Virus record (IMG/VR): IMGVR_UViG_3300010409_000003
Source of the DNA: a virus
Lineage: Duplodnaviria > Heunggongvirae > Uroviricota > Caudoviricetes
Strand: one strand, 5' to 3'
Length of the DNA: 64,000 bases
The position numbers and the translations under genes are program-made. Shown in pieces: positions 26,531 through 35,828 of this stretch (position 1 is its first letter; each line of letters begins with the position of its first letter). Below the pieces are notes generated by a model. It searched no databases. It had not been told where the DNA came from and worked only from the letters and a program-made list of their open reading frames with translations.

Positions 26531-27610
26531 TTAAATTAAGTTTTCTAGTGTAGTTAACATTTCTTGGTAAGCCCCTGCCAAGTCAGCATTCATATTGTAT
26601 TCATTAGTTTCAAAGAAGTCAACAAGAATATCCATAGGTTTTACATTATTTATGTAATCACTAGGTTGTTTGTAGTTGTCAGCTTGACGTATAACCGCTA
26701 TTAATGACTCATTACTAATGTACTTAGCTTTATAACCTGAGCGAATAACCTCATGATATTCATCGTGGTCGTCTGTAACTATAGTATCTTCTTCTAAGTC
26801 TTCGTACACTTTAGCTATTGCCTTATTAGCTAATTCTTTACTAGGTGTGTTATAGTCTCCTAGATAAGTAGTATCATTGTTATTACTAGTTAAAGCTGAG
26901 ACTACTATATCCAAATTCTCATCTTCATTAACATACTTCCATAATTCTTTAGTTTGCCATGATATATCGAAAGTGCTTACTGTTTTTCTATCTCTATCTA
27001 ATTTAAGCACATCAGTGTTGAAGTTATAACCATAGTCAAAGGTCTTATCCTCACATACCCACACTCCTCCACAGAATATCTGACCTTTCATATTAGAGTC
27101 TTTAAGTATATCACCATTCGGTGTTTCTATTAAGTCTAGGTTATCATGGAAGCATAAGTTTTTAGCTCTAACTTCTTCTATCACATCCTCAGAGAGCTTA
27201 CTTAACTCAAAGAGAACTTCATTGTCATATTCATCTTCATATTTTTCTATACTTAAATGTAAACAATCTATACCAAAAATCTGTGAGGTGGCTATATAAG
27301 GTGTCCACATATCATTACCATTAAATATATTACAATTTGTATTCTCTCTTGCAAGTATCAACAATGCTAATTTCAAACCTTCGTTGAATTGTCCTATCGT
27401 ATCTGTATCTTCTGTCTTACTACCACTGCCTAATAGTAAGTGCTCAATTGGTATAGCACCACTAGTAGTTAAGATACTTAGTGTGTCACCTTGGATAGTA
27501 ACCTTAGCACTCCCTGTATCCAATGCATTTGCAATTAGTTCTCTTATAGCATCTACTATTGTCCACTGTGGTACATAGTTTTTTGCTAATGATAATTCTA
27601 TAGTTCTCAT
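26531..27610 (-). CDS. GHKL-superfamily ATPase-like protein (Bergerat fold, Hsp90/MutL/MORC-like N-terminal domain)
   Basis: 359 aa. AIRELIANALDTGS is an N-box (E-x3-N-x2-D). IGQFNEGLKLA resembles the Hsp90/MutL G2-box region IGQFGVGFYS. The C-terminal half is unassigned. Confidence 0.5.
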   Translation of the reverse strand: MRTIELSLAKNYVPQWTIVDAIRELIANALDTGSAKVTIQGDTLSILTTSGAIPIEHLLLGSGSKTEDTDTIGQFNEGLKLALLILARENTNCNIFNGNDMWTPYIATSQIFGIDCLHLSIEKYEDEYDNEVLFELSKLSEDVIEEVRAKNLCFHDNLDLIETPNGDILKDSNMKGQIFCGGVWVCEDKTFDYGYNFNTDVLKLDRDRKTVSTFDISWQTKELWKYVNEDENLDIVVSALTSNNNDTTYLGDYNTPSKELANKAIAKVYEDLEEDTIVTDDHDEYHEVIRSGYKAKYISNESLIAVIRQADNYKQPSDYINNVKPMDILVDFFETNEYNMNADLAGAYQEMLTTLENLI

Positions 27611-28443
27611 TCTTTACCTCCTAAATAAACTGCCACAACTTCTTCAACTTTCTTTCTACCACCACCGTCACATGAGATAGTTCTTTGAACTTCAAAAGTA
27701 TACAACTCATCTGCATCTTTGTAAAGCTCTTTTGTGAAATCTGTCCAATGATTACTAATAATAGATGTATGTTTACTATTTTTAGATAATTCTTTCAACT
27801 TAATGTGGTCTTCTTTATTAAAACCTTTAACTGAATATTTAAATTCTGTGGTCAAAGGTACATATGGCGAGTCAGAATATATAAGACAGTTATCTAATTC
27901 TTCGACATGTTCAAATACTTCCTCGTAACTCTTACACATTAAAGCTGTGTTATTCTTATGTCGTTTATGTAATAAGTTGATACTGTCTGTGGGTATGTTA
28001 GGTAAATTCTTTTTAACATTCCCTATTGGTACATTGAATTCACCTTTTAGATTATACCTAGCCAACCCATTGTACCCAAATTTATTAAGATATTGAAATA
28101 TAGCACATTTAGTAAGAGTTCCGAGGTCTTCTTGATTAAAAGACCTACGTAACTCATAGTAATCATTATACCCACTATTAAAAAGTACCTTACAAATATT
28201 TATATAGTGTGACACGTCCTCTGTTTTGACTAAAAGTTTGTAGGTATTAATTAAGTCTTCATTTATATCATTCCAAATGTACTTATCTGTGTCAAAGTTT
28301 AGTGATATATTAGCTGCACCTATAAACGGCTCTACTAAGGTTCTCTGCTTATGTTTCTCTAATATAGGTAATACATGTTTTAGTGCCTTACCTTTGCCTC
28401 CTGCCCATTTGAATAAGCTCTTATTATATTTAGTGTTAGTCAT
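27607..28443 (-). CDS. dam: DNA adenine methyltransferase (Dam-like, N6-adenine, D12 class)
   Basis: 278 aa. N-terminal LFKWAGGKGK (SAM-binding motif) and catalytic DPPY-type motif SDSPY. It overlaps the upstream GHKL gene by 4 nt. Confidence 0.8.
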   Translation of the reverse strand: MTNTKYNKSLFKWAGGKGKALKHVLPILEKHKQRTLVEPFIGAANISLNFDTDKYIWNDINEDLINTYKLLVKTEDVSHYINICKVLFNSGYNDYYELRRSFNQEDLGTLTKCAIFQYLNKFGYNGLARYNLKGEFNVPIGNVKKNLPNIPTDSINLLHKRHKNNTALMCKSYEEVFEHVEELDNCLIYSDSPYVPLTTEFKYSVKGFNKEDHIKLKELSKNSKHTSIISNHWTDFTKELYKDADELYTFEVQRTISCDGGGRKKVEEVVAVYLGGKE

Positions 28444-28642
28444 TAACTGTCTCCTTTAATTTATCAATTATCTTAATATCACATATTACATCTCTAACGC
28501 CTAAAGTAAGTCCGTTATTTAGTACTACAGGTCTCATACCGGCGTCTTCACATTCTTTAACTGCATCTATAGTTTCTTTCCTAGTCATATCAGAGCAGCC
28601 TGTCAGTAATATACATGTAATTATTAATAATATTTTAATCAT
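28436..28642 (-). CDS. small lipoprotein
   Basis: 68 aa. Signal peptide MIKILLIITCILLTGCSD with an LTGC lipobox. Confidence 0.5.
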   Translation of the reverse strand: MIKILLIITCILLTGCSDMTRKETIDAVKECEDAGMRPVVLNNGLTLGVRDVICDIKIIDKLKETVND

Positions 28643-28647
28643 TTGTG

Positions 28648-28869
28648 TTAACCTCCTTTAATATACGTTAAATCTTCAACCTTAGCATCACGCCAAGTAG
28701 TTATAATCTTATTTTCATCCCAACTAGGGGGTGCTAAGTCGTCCCCGTTATGGTCTATATAAGCACCTAGTTTACTTTCTTCACCTATTTGCAATACTAG
28801 TACGCTAGTCCTAAATAAACGTTTATGTTCTCTGTACCTAGCTTTACCTGTTAAAATAGTATCACTCAT
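28648..28869 (-). CDS. hypothetical protein
   Basis: 73-aa ORF. Confidence 0.4.
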   Translation of the reverse strand: MSDTILTGKARYREHKRLFRTSVLVLQIGEESKLGAYIDHNGDDLAPPSWDENKIITTWRDAKVEDLTYIKGG

Positions 28870-29344
28870 AAGTACTCCTTATACCTAATTCTTCTTCTAC
28901 CTTACACCAAACGTCTGCTCTATCTTGTGGTTTATAACAATATACTAAGTAGCTACCAAGGCTTCTAGTAACTTCGTACTTAAATAAATCCCACTCATAT
29001 TTACCCTTCCAATGGTACAGTAGCAGATCTCTAGCAATACTCCAAGCTTTTAATTCTTTAGCAAATAAGTACTCTAATTTACCTTCATCTTCATCATTAC
29101 CAAACACACTACCAATATCCAACAAATGTCCTATCTCATGTGCAAGAACTATGTACCAACTCTTATGGTATCTAGGCGATAGTGACATATGTATAGTACA
29201 TCTACTTGACCCTATTATAGGTTCTTTTATACTATTATGGTACTCATAATAGTGTCTAAATTGACAGAAATCTTTAAATGTTAATCTAACTCCATATTTA
29301 AACTTAAAGCTTTGTTTGTAGAAGAACCATAATTTACTTAACAT
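28862..29344 (-). CDS. putative zinc metallopeptidase (HExxH)
   Basis: 160 aa with VLAHEIGHLLD (HExxH motif). Confidence 0.5.
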   Translation of the reverse strand: MLSKLWFFYKQSFKFKYGVRLTFKDFCQFRHYYEYHNSIKEPIIGSSRCTIHMSLSPRYHKSWYIVLAHEIGHLLDIGSVFGNDEDEGKLEYLFAKELKAWSIARDLLLYHWKGKYEWDLFKYEVTRSLGSYLVYCYKPQDRADVWCKVEEELGIRSTYE

Positions 29345-29525
29345 GCTTACCTCCTAGTATTTTACAATCATAACCTACATAATCTAGTGTAGTTTGTCTA
29401 TATTTATACTTACCACAAACTACTGTGAATGAATCTTTGTGTTCTAACTTTTTAAACCTAAAATCCGCTATAACTAAGTGCCAAGCATCACTAATAAGTA
29501 AACATACAATTATTACTTTCCACAT
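29334..29525 (-). CDS. hypothetical small membrane protein
   Basis: 63 aa with an N-terminal transmembrane segment. Confidence 0.4.
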   Translation of the reverse strand: MWKVIIVCLLISDAWHLVIADFRFKKLEHKDSFTVVCGKYKYRQTTLDYVGYDCKILGGKHVK

Positions 29526-29682
29526 AAAATAAAACCCTCCTTAATTAATAATAACGTTATGTTACCTTAGTCGAAGAGGGTTGTCAAATGTTTATTTAGA
29601 TTATTAACAATAAACTTAAAAGGACAAACAGAAGTTTGCTTCTTAGTCCTGAATTATAAATCTTTACTCTTAATCTCTTCCT

Positions 29683-29898
29683 TTGTTATCATCTAATTCC
29701 ACAAATATAAATAAGGAAATTAAAAATATGTCAGATAATGTTATACCTAAGTGTCCAAACACATCCTGTAGTTCCACTAAATTTAAGGTCGAGTTAAATA
29801 AAAATCTAGGTGATGTAAATGATGACATCTTTCAGTTTGTATACTGTAGTTCTTGTGGTACTACGGTAGGAGTTCTTCCGTATTCTCCCGTAGAATAG
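29683..29898 (+). CDS. hypothetical Zn-ribbon protein (opposite-strand island)
   Basis: 71 aa. CPNTSC...CSSCG. SD TAAGGAAATTAAAAATATG. Confidence 0.45.
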   Translation: MLSSNSTNINKEIKNMSDNVIPKCPNTSCSSTKFKVELNKNLGDVNDDIFQFVYCSSCGTTVGVLPYSPVE

Positions 29899-30046
29899 AA
29901 TCTTTTAAAAATTCTTTAATATCTATCGAGGTTTTTGCTATATCAAATCCATTATTTTCTTTGTGGAAGTTAATAGCATCTACCTCATTTTCAAATATTA
30001 CAGTTGGACTACTAAAAGCTTTTCCATGTTTACATATTAAGTACAT
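29861..30046 (-). CDS. hypothetical protein
   Basis: 61 aa. Minus-strand SD GAAGGAAAATATAAAATG. Preferred over the low-complexity plus ORF 29853..30074. Confidence 0.35.
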   Translation of the reverse strand: MYLICKHGKAFSSPTVIFENEVDAINFHKENNGFDIAKTSIDIKEFLKDSILRENTEELLP

Positions 30047-30100
30047 TTTATATTTTCCTTCTATTAGTTTTTAATTAATCTTGTTACAAACAATTTATAA

Positions 30101-30195
30101 CAAGGAGTTTAAGTAGGACTAAAAACAGTTGGTTAATTAGTAATCCTACTAGGTTTGTGTTAAGTTTTTAGCCTCTTAACTAGGCGTTAAGCTAA
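30101..30195 (+). repeat. about 90-bp direct repeat, copy 1 (copy 2 at 31091..31170)
   Basis: caag.agtttaagtagga..aaaacagttgg ... cctcttaactaggcgtta is shared by both copies. Confidence 0.6.
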
Positions 30196-30210
30196 TACTC
30201 TATTTTCTAT

Positions 30211-30243
30211 ACTTATAACTACTTATAACTACTTATAATAGTT
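30211..30243 (+). repeat. short tandem repeat (ACTTATA)n-like
   Basis: tataactacttataactacttataat. Confidence 0.5.
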
Positions 30244-30376
30244 ATTCTAAATCTATGTAGCTACCTAAATTAGCTACATTTCATTCAGCCACCAAGGATA
30301 AGGAGGGCAAGCACTCAATATACTTCTGACTATACACCGCAGTAATAACGGTGGTAAAAACTGCTCATCATAAGGA

Positions 30377-30532
30377 AACTTATCTATGAGTATTGATCTA
30401 TTAGTAAATGTCAGCTTACAGTTTACATTTAACCTAGATTCAATTGCTCAGATTATCTCTGGGATGACTTCTGAAGATTTCAAAAATATCTGCTTTGGTA
30501 TTGCTGCTATCATAAAGTTATCAAAAAGAAAA
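30377..30532 (+). CDS. hypothetical small hydrophobic protein (51 aa)
   Basis: Manual find: MSIDLLVNVSLQFTFNLDSIAQIISGMTSEDFKNICFGIAAIIKLSKRKSA. A terminator hairpin follows. Confidence 0.3.
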
Positions 30533-30555
30533 TCTGCTTAAGCAGTTAAAACCCT

Positions 30556-30580
30556 AGCCCTCATAAATAGGGCTTCTTCG
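30556..30580 (+). terminator. putative hairpin terminator
   Basis: AGCCCTcataaatAGGGCT followed by TCTTCG. The T-tract is weak. Confidence 0.35.
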
Positions 30581-30727
30581 TACGTAGCTATGCGTTAAAT
30601 AGCCTTAAAATAAATATAAAATTAGCAGCGTCTTATCCTTATTTGAGTTAAGTTTGGCGCTCGTAATTCACCTCCTATAATTTTTATGTTAATGTTTACC
30701 TTTATTAATTAAAACAAGGAATGTTGT

Positions 30728-30946
30728 ATGTCTAGTGAAATTAAATACCCAGAAACTATAATTAATCTTATTAACGTCCACCTAAGAAATCATAGTGATT
30801 TTGAAGATGGTATGAAAATTGATTCTGTTAAAAAGATTAATAATGGTTTCTTTATTAAAGGTAATCTTAACTACAGCCCAACGAATCTGACACGTGATAA
30901 AATTGAGGCTGTTTACTCTGCAACGGTAAAAGATTTTCAACCTTAA
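30728..30946 (+). CDS. hypothetical protein
   Basis: 72-aa ORF. A competing minus-strand ORF of about 55 aa with a good SD at 31027 overlaps it. Confidence 0.35.
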   Translation: MSSEIKYPETIINLINVHLRNHSDFEDGMKIDSVKKINNGFFIKGNLNYSPTNLTRDKIEAVYSATVKDFQP

Positions 30947-31090
30947 GTTGCTGTACTAATTTATCTGGTAGTTTCAATTGTAGTACCCCACCTTCTGTTT
31001 CTGCTAGGTAATAATAAGTTTCCATAATTCTTTTCTCCTATTTTAATTTAGTATTATTGTTGCTAATCTTTGTACTTAAATTAGCTTAAC

Positions 31091-31170
31091 AAGTAGTTAA
31101 AGTAGGAAATTAACAGTTGGCTACAAAGAGATGTAGCTACTTATTAATTCCTCTTAACTAGGCGTTATCA
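31091..31170 (+). repeat. about 90-bp direct repeat, copy 2
   Basis: caagtagttaaagtaggaaattaacagttggc ... cctcttaactaggcgttatc. Confidence 0.6.
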
Positions 31171-31205
31171 TGTTACATATCTAATTTAATAAGTCAAATG
31201 TTTAT

Positions 31206-31523
31206 TTAATGTACTTCCAAATTACTACTCAACATCACACTTTTTAAGTCTTCTTCTTTATTTTCATAGCTAGCTAAAGTAGTTATATGTAGTAGTATGC
31301 CTATATCTTCATAACCCTCTGTATCAGATATAATTTCTGGAATAAAGTATACACCCCATATACCAAATACATTTAATTCCTCTAAGTTGTCTGATAAAAC
31401 GTTTATCAACTCTTGTTCAGCCTCTTCTAAACTTAATGCTTGTTTTAGTTCAGGGTTATTAGAGTTATTAATTGCTACAGCTTTTTGTAGATGGCCTTCA
31501 TTGTAAAATAATGTTATGTTCAT
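31206..31523 (-). CDS. hypothetical acidic protein
   Basis: 105-aa ORF. Confidence 0.45.
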   Translation of the reverse strand: MNITLFYNEGHLQKAVAINNSNNPELKQALSLEEAEQELINVLSDNLEELNVFGIWGVYFIPEIISDTEGYEDIGILLHITTLASYENKEEDLKSVMLSSNLEVH

Positions 31524-31532
31524 TTATTCTCC

Positions 31533-32453
31533 TTACTTAGTTTGCCCCATACGAGTATTAATATAATCTGGTTTCTGTCCTACAGGGTAGTAAATAACTG
31601 AATTACCATTTTTACTAGCTGCTTCTGCCATTTTCATATCAACTTTTAATCTTAATTCCTCTAGTTCCATCTTACGGTATTCGAGTAACATAGGATTCAA
31701 ACCTTTAGATGTAGATAAGTTCTCTAGTCGTATAGTTTCAGCTTTAGCTAATCGTACACGTTGGTCGATAGCAATAGTAACTTCTTCCTGTTCAAGGCTA
31801 GCACGTTTAGCTAATTCTTCCGCTGTCTTAAGCTCAATACCCATTTCCATATCCTTAATCTCATTTGCCTTGTTGATATAAGTTTTTGGGTAAGTAACTT
31901 TGTTAATAGTCGCAGTGTACAACACTAGAGGTGTACTCTTAAAACGTGTTGAGATAATATCCTCAATAGTGTCATTAATATCTTTACGATTCTCTTGAAA
32001 TGATTCTAAGGTATGAGGTGTAACTACTTCTACTAGAGTACGTCTTACTAAATCCTCTCCTAGCTTACTATAAATAAGTGTTAATGGTATTTTAAGCTCG
32101 TCACTACCTGTATTCACAGGTGTAATCATAGTAAACATACTATCAATAGTGTTTTCATCTTCTAAGTTTAATTGTGTCTTAACTAAAAGCTCAATACCTA
32201 TTGTTTGGTTATCTGATAGTCTTATTGGTAGATTAAATGGTATAATCTCTACTGATTGGTCTAGTAATACAAGTTTTTTAGTGTACTTCCACGCCCAACC
32301 AATATCCCTTGTACCTGCTTGGTACGTTTCCTTACTTACCCCTGAGTTATCCACTACTTTACCTACAGTAGATACAGGAATTGTACGGTAGTCTGTACAG
32401 GCAGTTGCTAGTACTATTAGTAAACCTGTTGTAATCTTCTTAATTAAATTCAT
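31533..32453 (-). CDS. SPFH/Band-7 (stomatin/HflC-like) lipoprotein
   Basis: 306 aa. Signal peptide with lipobox (LLIVLATAC). Central band-7-like region and a C-terminal Ala/Glu-rich coiled coil typical of SPFH proteins. Confidence 0.45.
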   Translation of the reverse strand: MNLIKKITTGLLIVLATACTDYRTIPVSTVGKVVDNSGVSKETYQAGTRDIGWAWKYTKKLVLLDQSVEIIPFNLPIRLSDNQTIGIELLVKTQLNLEDENTIDSMFTMITPVNTGSDELKIPLTLIYSKLGEDLVRRTLVEVVTPHTLESFQENRKDINDTIEDIISTRFKSTPLVLYTATINKVTYPKTYINKANEIKDMEMGIELKTAEELAKRASLEQEEVTIAIDQRVRLAKAETIRLENLSTSKGLNPMLLEYRKMELEELRLKVDMKMAEAASKNGNSVIYYPVGQKPDYINTRMGQTK

Positions 32454-32455
32454 AT

Positions 32456-32821
32456 TTATTCTCCTTTATTTTCTATTTGAATTGCTAACTCTTTTGACTT
32501 AGCCTGTTGTTCTTCTAATAATTTTCTTGTAGAATCTTTAGTAGTTATCTCCTCCTTTGGTTTGTTATTACTTAAGTAGGTATCTAAGGTGTGATTCTTA
32601 GATGGCCTACTTAAAAGGTTACGCTGTGTTTGTATAATATCTGATTTCTCTGTTAATGTAAAGAACTGTTTATAACTTAAACCTGACACTATTAGTGTAC
32701 CTATTAAGAAGTAACTCCAAGAGTATTTAATTACTTCTCGTTTCTTAAGTTGGTAGTATACTATAGCTAGTACTAATATGTAAACTATAAATTTAATAGT
32801 ATTTAATATTTCAAATTGCAT
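32456..32821 (-). CDS. membrane protein, i-spanin- or holin-like (N-terminal transmembrane segment plus charged coiled-coil tail)
   Basis: 121 aa. Two hydrophobic segments, then a basic/acidic tail LLEEQQAKSKELAIQIENKGE. It sits immediately downstream of the lysozyme. Confidence 0.4.
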   Translation of the reverse strand: MQFEILNTIKFIVYILVLAIVYYQLKKREVIKYSWSYFLIGTLIVSGLSYKQFFTLTEKSDIIQTQRNLLSRPSKNHTLDTYLSNNKPKEEITTKDSTRKLLEEQQAKSKELAIQIENKGE

Positions 32822-32824
32822 TAT

Positions 32825-33325
32825 TTACTTCCCTCCATAATATTTATCTCGCCAATCATCAGGTAGCTTATCTATAATATAATCTGTAGTATTACCTCTA
32901 AATAAGTTTTCTTCACTAATTCGTCTTCTACATAAACCCTTAACAACTTCCCCATTATCCTTACGCCACCATTTAAACTGTTCAGCACAACCCTCGAAGT
33001 TACCCCAATTTAGTTCTTTCAGTAGTGTAGAGTCTTCAAAGTTACTCATACCAATATTGTAAGCTAAACTAACTAAAGCTGCTTCCTCATAGTCTGTGAT
33101 TGGAACATTAACTAATTCTAGTACACCTTCAGTGAAATACTTTAAGTCTTCCTCAAACTCTTTATCAGCTTGTTCTTGAGTAATAGTATCACATATCTTG
33201 ACCATAGAGCCATCTGAGTAATATGCATTACCCCAACCCACGGTAGCTACCCCTCCACCATCTAAGTATGCTTGTAGTCTACACTGTTCAAAGTAGTGTA
33301 GTATGTCTGTTTTGTAGTTGCTCAT
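32825..33325 (-). CDS. endolysin, GH24 lysozyme (T4 E / lambda R family)
   Basis: 166 aa. FEQCRLQAYLDGGGVATVGWG carries the catalytic E-x8-D-x5-T triad arrangement of phage lysozymes. Confidence 0.7.
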   Translation of the reverse strand: MSNYKTDILHYFEQCRLQAYLDGGGVATVGWGNAYYSDGSMVKICDTITQEQADKEFEEDLKYFTEGVLELVNVPITDYEEAALVSLAYNIGMSNFEDSTLLKELNWGNFEGCAEQFKWWRKDNGEVVKGLCRRRISEENLFRGNTTDYIIDKLPDDWRDKYYGGK

Positions 33326-33344
33326 TTTATACCCTATTAGTAAT

Positions 33345-33536
33345 TTAACATTGTCTTATTTGAGTTATTATATCAAGTATATAATTTGGTGTTGTATTCT
33401 TAATTTCCTGCTCAATCTCGTACTTTAAGCTATCCCAACTTTCACTTATCTCTGAGTTCCCACACTCACCTAACTCCCTACGTAAGTCGTGTTGTTGTTT
33501 TAAGTGTTTTAATATTATATCTACTTCAATTTTCAT
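33345..33536 (-). CDS. hypothetical protein
   Basis: 63-aa ORF. Confidence 0.4.
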   Translation of the reverse strand: MKIEVDIILKHLKQQHDLRRELGECGNSEISESWDSLKYEIEQEIKNTTPNYILDIITQIRQC

Positions 33537-33739
33537 CTTTTACCTCCTTTATAACCTTCTAATTCATTTCCAGTTAGTATTTCAATAGTATTATTATCTT
33601 TATCTTTCATAGTAGCTGAAAACCTAGTATTCATTTTACCTTTTAGTATTAGCATTTCACCGAGAGCAACCAAGTTATCAGGCTCCCCTAAGATTACTAC
33701 CGATGTATTATCCTTCCTGTAGATGTAAGGTATGCTCAT
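33533..33739 (-). CDS. hypothetical protein
   Basis: 68-aa ORF. Confidence 0.4.
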   Translation of the reverse strand: MSIPYIYRKDNTSVVILGEPDNLVALGEMLILKGKMNTRFSATMKDKDNNTIEILTGNELEGYKGGKR

Positions 33740-33740
33740 A

Positions 33741-33950
33741 TTATATATCCCATACTGGTTGATAATCTTTGTTACTGTTAATATCTTCTTTAGTAAGTAC
33801 TAGTACAGCTCCATTTGAAAACTTATATTTAATACCCCCACAACCTTCTGAGGGGGCTTTATACTCCGTACCTTTATTATTTAGCCTAATACCTTCTATA
33901 ATTTTAAACATACTATTATGTTCTATAAATAGCCTCATATTATATGTCAT
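33741..33950 (-). CDS. hypothetical protein
   Basis: 69-aa ORF. Confidence 0.4.
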   Translation of the reverse strand: MTYNMRLFIEHNSMFKIIEGIRLNNKGTEYKAPSEGCGGIKYKFSNGAVLVLTKEDINSNKDYQPVWDI

Positions 33951-33960
33951 TAGTGACCTC

Positions 33961-34146
33961 CTATTTAATTATTGTTAATATTTCAACACTCAAACTAATT
34001 CTGTACCAAGTGTAACATAAAACTCCACACCATACAACATATAAAAACTTATTTACTGTATTAGTTTTAGTACATATAAATGTGATAAATGTAGCTATTG
34101 TTATTACTAGTAGTATTAGTATAATAACTGAGTACCATAGTTCCAA
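33961..34146 (-). CDS. hypothetical membrane protein (holin candidate)
   Basis: 61 aa with two transmembrane segments. Confidence 0.35.
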   Translation of the reverse strand: MELWYSVIILILLVITIATFITFICTKTNTVNKFLYVVWCGVLCYTWYRISLSVEILTIIK

Positions 34147-34316
34147 TGTAGCACCTCCTTAGTCATTCTCTTCTCCTAGTGAACCCTCTAAGAATAATAG
34201 TACTTGTTCAATATCATCAGTCCACAACACATCATCGTGACCATGTACTAAGTATTTAGCTTGTGCAAATTCGTCATCTGATGAATATATTTCAACATCT
34301 AGTAGTCTAATCATAT

Positions 34317-34547
34317 TTAGTCCTCTATTAACTTAAATTCTACTTTGTGTTTAAAGAAATCCCCATCACCACTTGCATGTATTTCATACTTATCTCCTCG
34401 ACAATTAACACCCTCTGCATACGTACCATCTAAATAAGTGATGTCTAGCATATTGTGATAATATAAGTAGTCATCCATTACACAAGTATTATCACTTAGT
34501 TGTTCATCTGTAGTCCAGTAAATAGTGTTCATAATTCCTCCCAACAA
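34317..34547 (-). CDS. hypothetical protein
   Basis: 76-aa ORF. Confidence 0.4.
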   Translation of the reverse strand: MLGGIMNTIYWTTDEQLSDNTCVMDDYLYYHNMLDITYLDGTYAEGVNCRGDKYEIHASGDGDFFKHKVEFKLIED

Positions 34548-34837
34548 TAAACTGTACGTTGTTTATGTTCACATTTAACCCAAGGGTAGAGGTTAATACA
34601 CTCTGATAGGCTTTTATATATTAAATCACAAGGGTAACTCATCATCCAAAAACCTACGTATTCAGTAGGAACTACTATGTCTTCACCTTCTTCGTCCCAA
34701 TATGTACTTCCTTCTACTACCTCAAATACATATTTAGTCTGTGATACGCCTTTTCTGTTTTCTACATGAAATTCTTCTACTTCTTGGGCTACTTGATTCA
34801 ATATGCCTACTTCTTCTTCATTAAAATCTCTACTCAT
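34529..34837 (-). CDS. hypothetical protein
   Basis: 102-aa ORF. Confidence 0.45.
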   Translation of the reverse strand: MSRDFNEEEVGILNQVAQEVEEFHVENRKGVSQTKYVFEVVEGSTYWDEEGEDIVVPTEYVGFWMMSYPCDLIYKSLSECINLYPWVKCEHKQRTVYCWEEL

Positions 34838-35115
34838 AATTCCTCCTCTTGTGGTTGCTTTAAATCTAACATTAACTCTTCAAATGACATATCACTAGAT
34901 TCATCAGGTTTTACTAGTTTTAGGTCACTTTCTGCTGACCAGAGGTATCCAGTATAGTTACACGTACTAACTATATCCGTCCTATATGCAGGTTTTCGTC
35001 CTGTCTCCCTTAGAACTAAGTCACGTCCGTAATCGCTTACAATAAATCTGTAACCCTCATTACCACGGTAACTCTTAGTTATTTCAACTAAGTCACCTCT
35101 TTTAAATTTTCTCAT
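34834..35115 (-). CDS. hypothetical protein
   Basis: 93-aa ORF. Confidence 0.45.
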   Translation of the reverse strand: MRKFKRGDLVEITKSYRGNEGYRFIVSDYGRDLVLRETGRKPAYRTDIVSTCNYTGYLWSAESDLKLVKPDESSDMSFEELMLDLKQPQEEEL

Positions 35116-35312
35116 AGTCCCTCCAATTGTGTTCCAACTTTAATCATGTGTTCTACATTATACTTGTTCTCTGTTAGTCATGCAAGCATTATTTAAAATT
35201 TAACATCGCCATCAGGGCAGCTACTCCAAAGTTTAAAGCTTTCATATTCATCTTTTAAGTACTCTAAATCTTGGTGGATAGTTTTAATAGTTTTGATTTT
35301 ATCAACACTGTT

Positions 35313-35567
35313 TTATTGAGTGGCATTATACTCTCCTAGTTTGTAAGTGGACATACTATAGCATACTATAAAAATAGCCGCAATTAAAGGGCAATACCAT
35401 TCTAATGAATAGGGTTCATTTAAAAATACTAATAACGAGCATAGTAAACTCAATAATGACATCTGTAAACTTTGCTTATTACAACTAGATTCTAGTAGTT
35501 TAATTATTTCCGAATACTCTACAGTACCTATGTTCATACACACACCCAATCCTATATTAATTTCCAT
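35313..35567 (-). CDS. hypothetical membrane protein
   Basis: 84-aa ORF. Confidence 0.4.
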   Translation of the reverse strand: MEINIGLGVCMNIGTVEYSEIIKLLESSCNKQSLQMSLLSLLCSLLVFLNEPYSLEWYCPLIAAIFIVCYSMSTYKLGEYNATQ

Positions 35568-35828
35568 TTAAAGCCTCCTAAGAAGCTCTCTAATCAACTT
35601 TCTTACTATAACCTAAGCTACCCTACTAAGTAACTATTTAAACCTCTTAAAATGCTTCCTAGAGCCTCTTAGCATATTAATCACAATTCATATTAAAGTC
35701 TATTGGTAAATTATCAATTGGATTATTAGTACTACACATTTCAACATCTTCATTTTGAACATAGATGTAAGCTTCCTCAAAGGAATACCCTGCATCTTGC
35801 AACATAAGAATCTTATTACCACGTAAAC

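Noticed and set aside
29853-30074. Plus-strand ORF 29853..30074
   Set aside because: The translation is hydrophobic low-complexity. The minus-strand ORF 29861..30046 has an SD and a more protein-like sequence.
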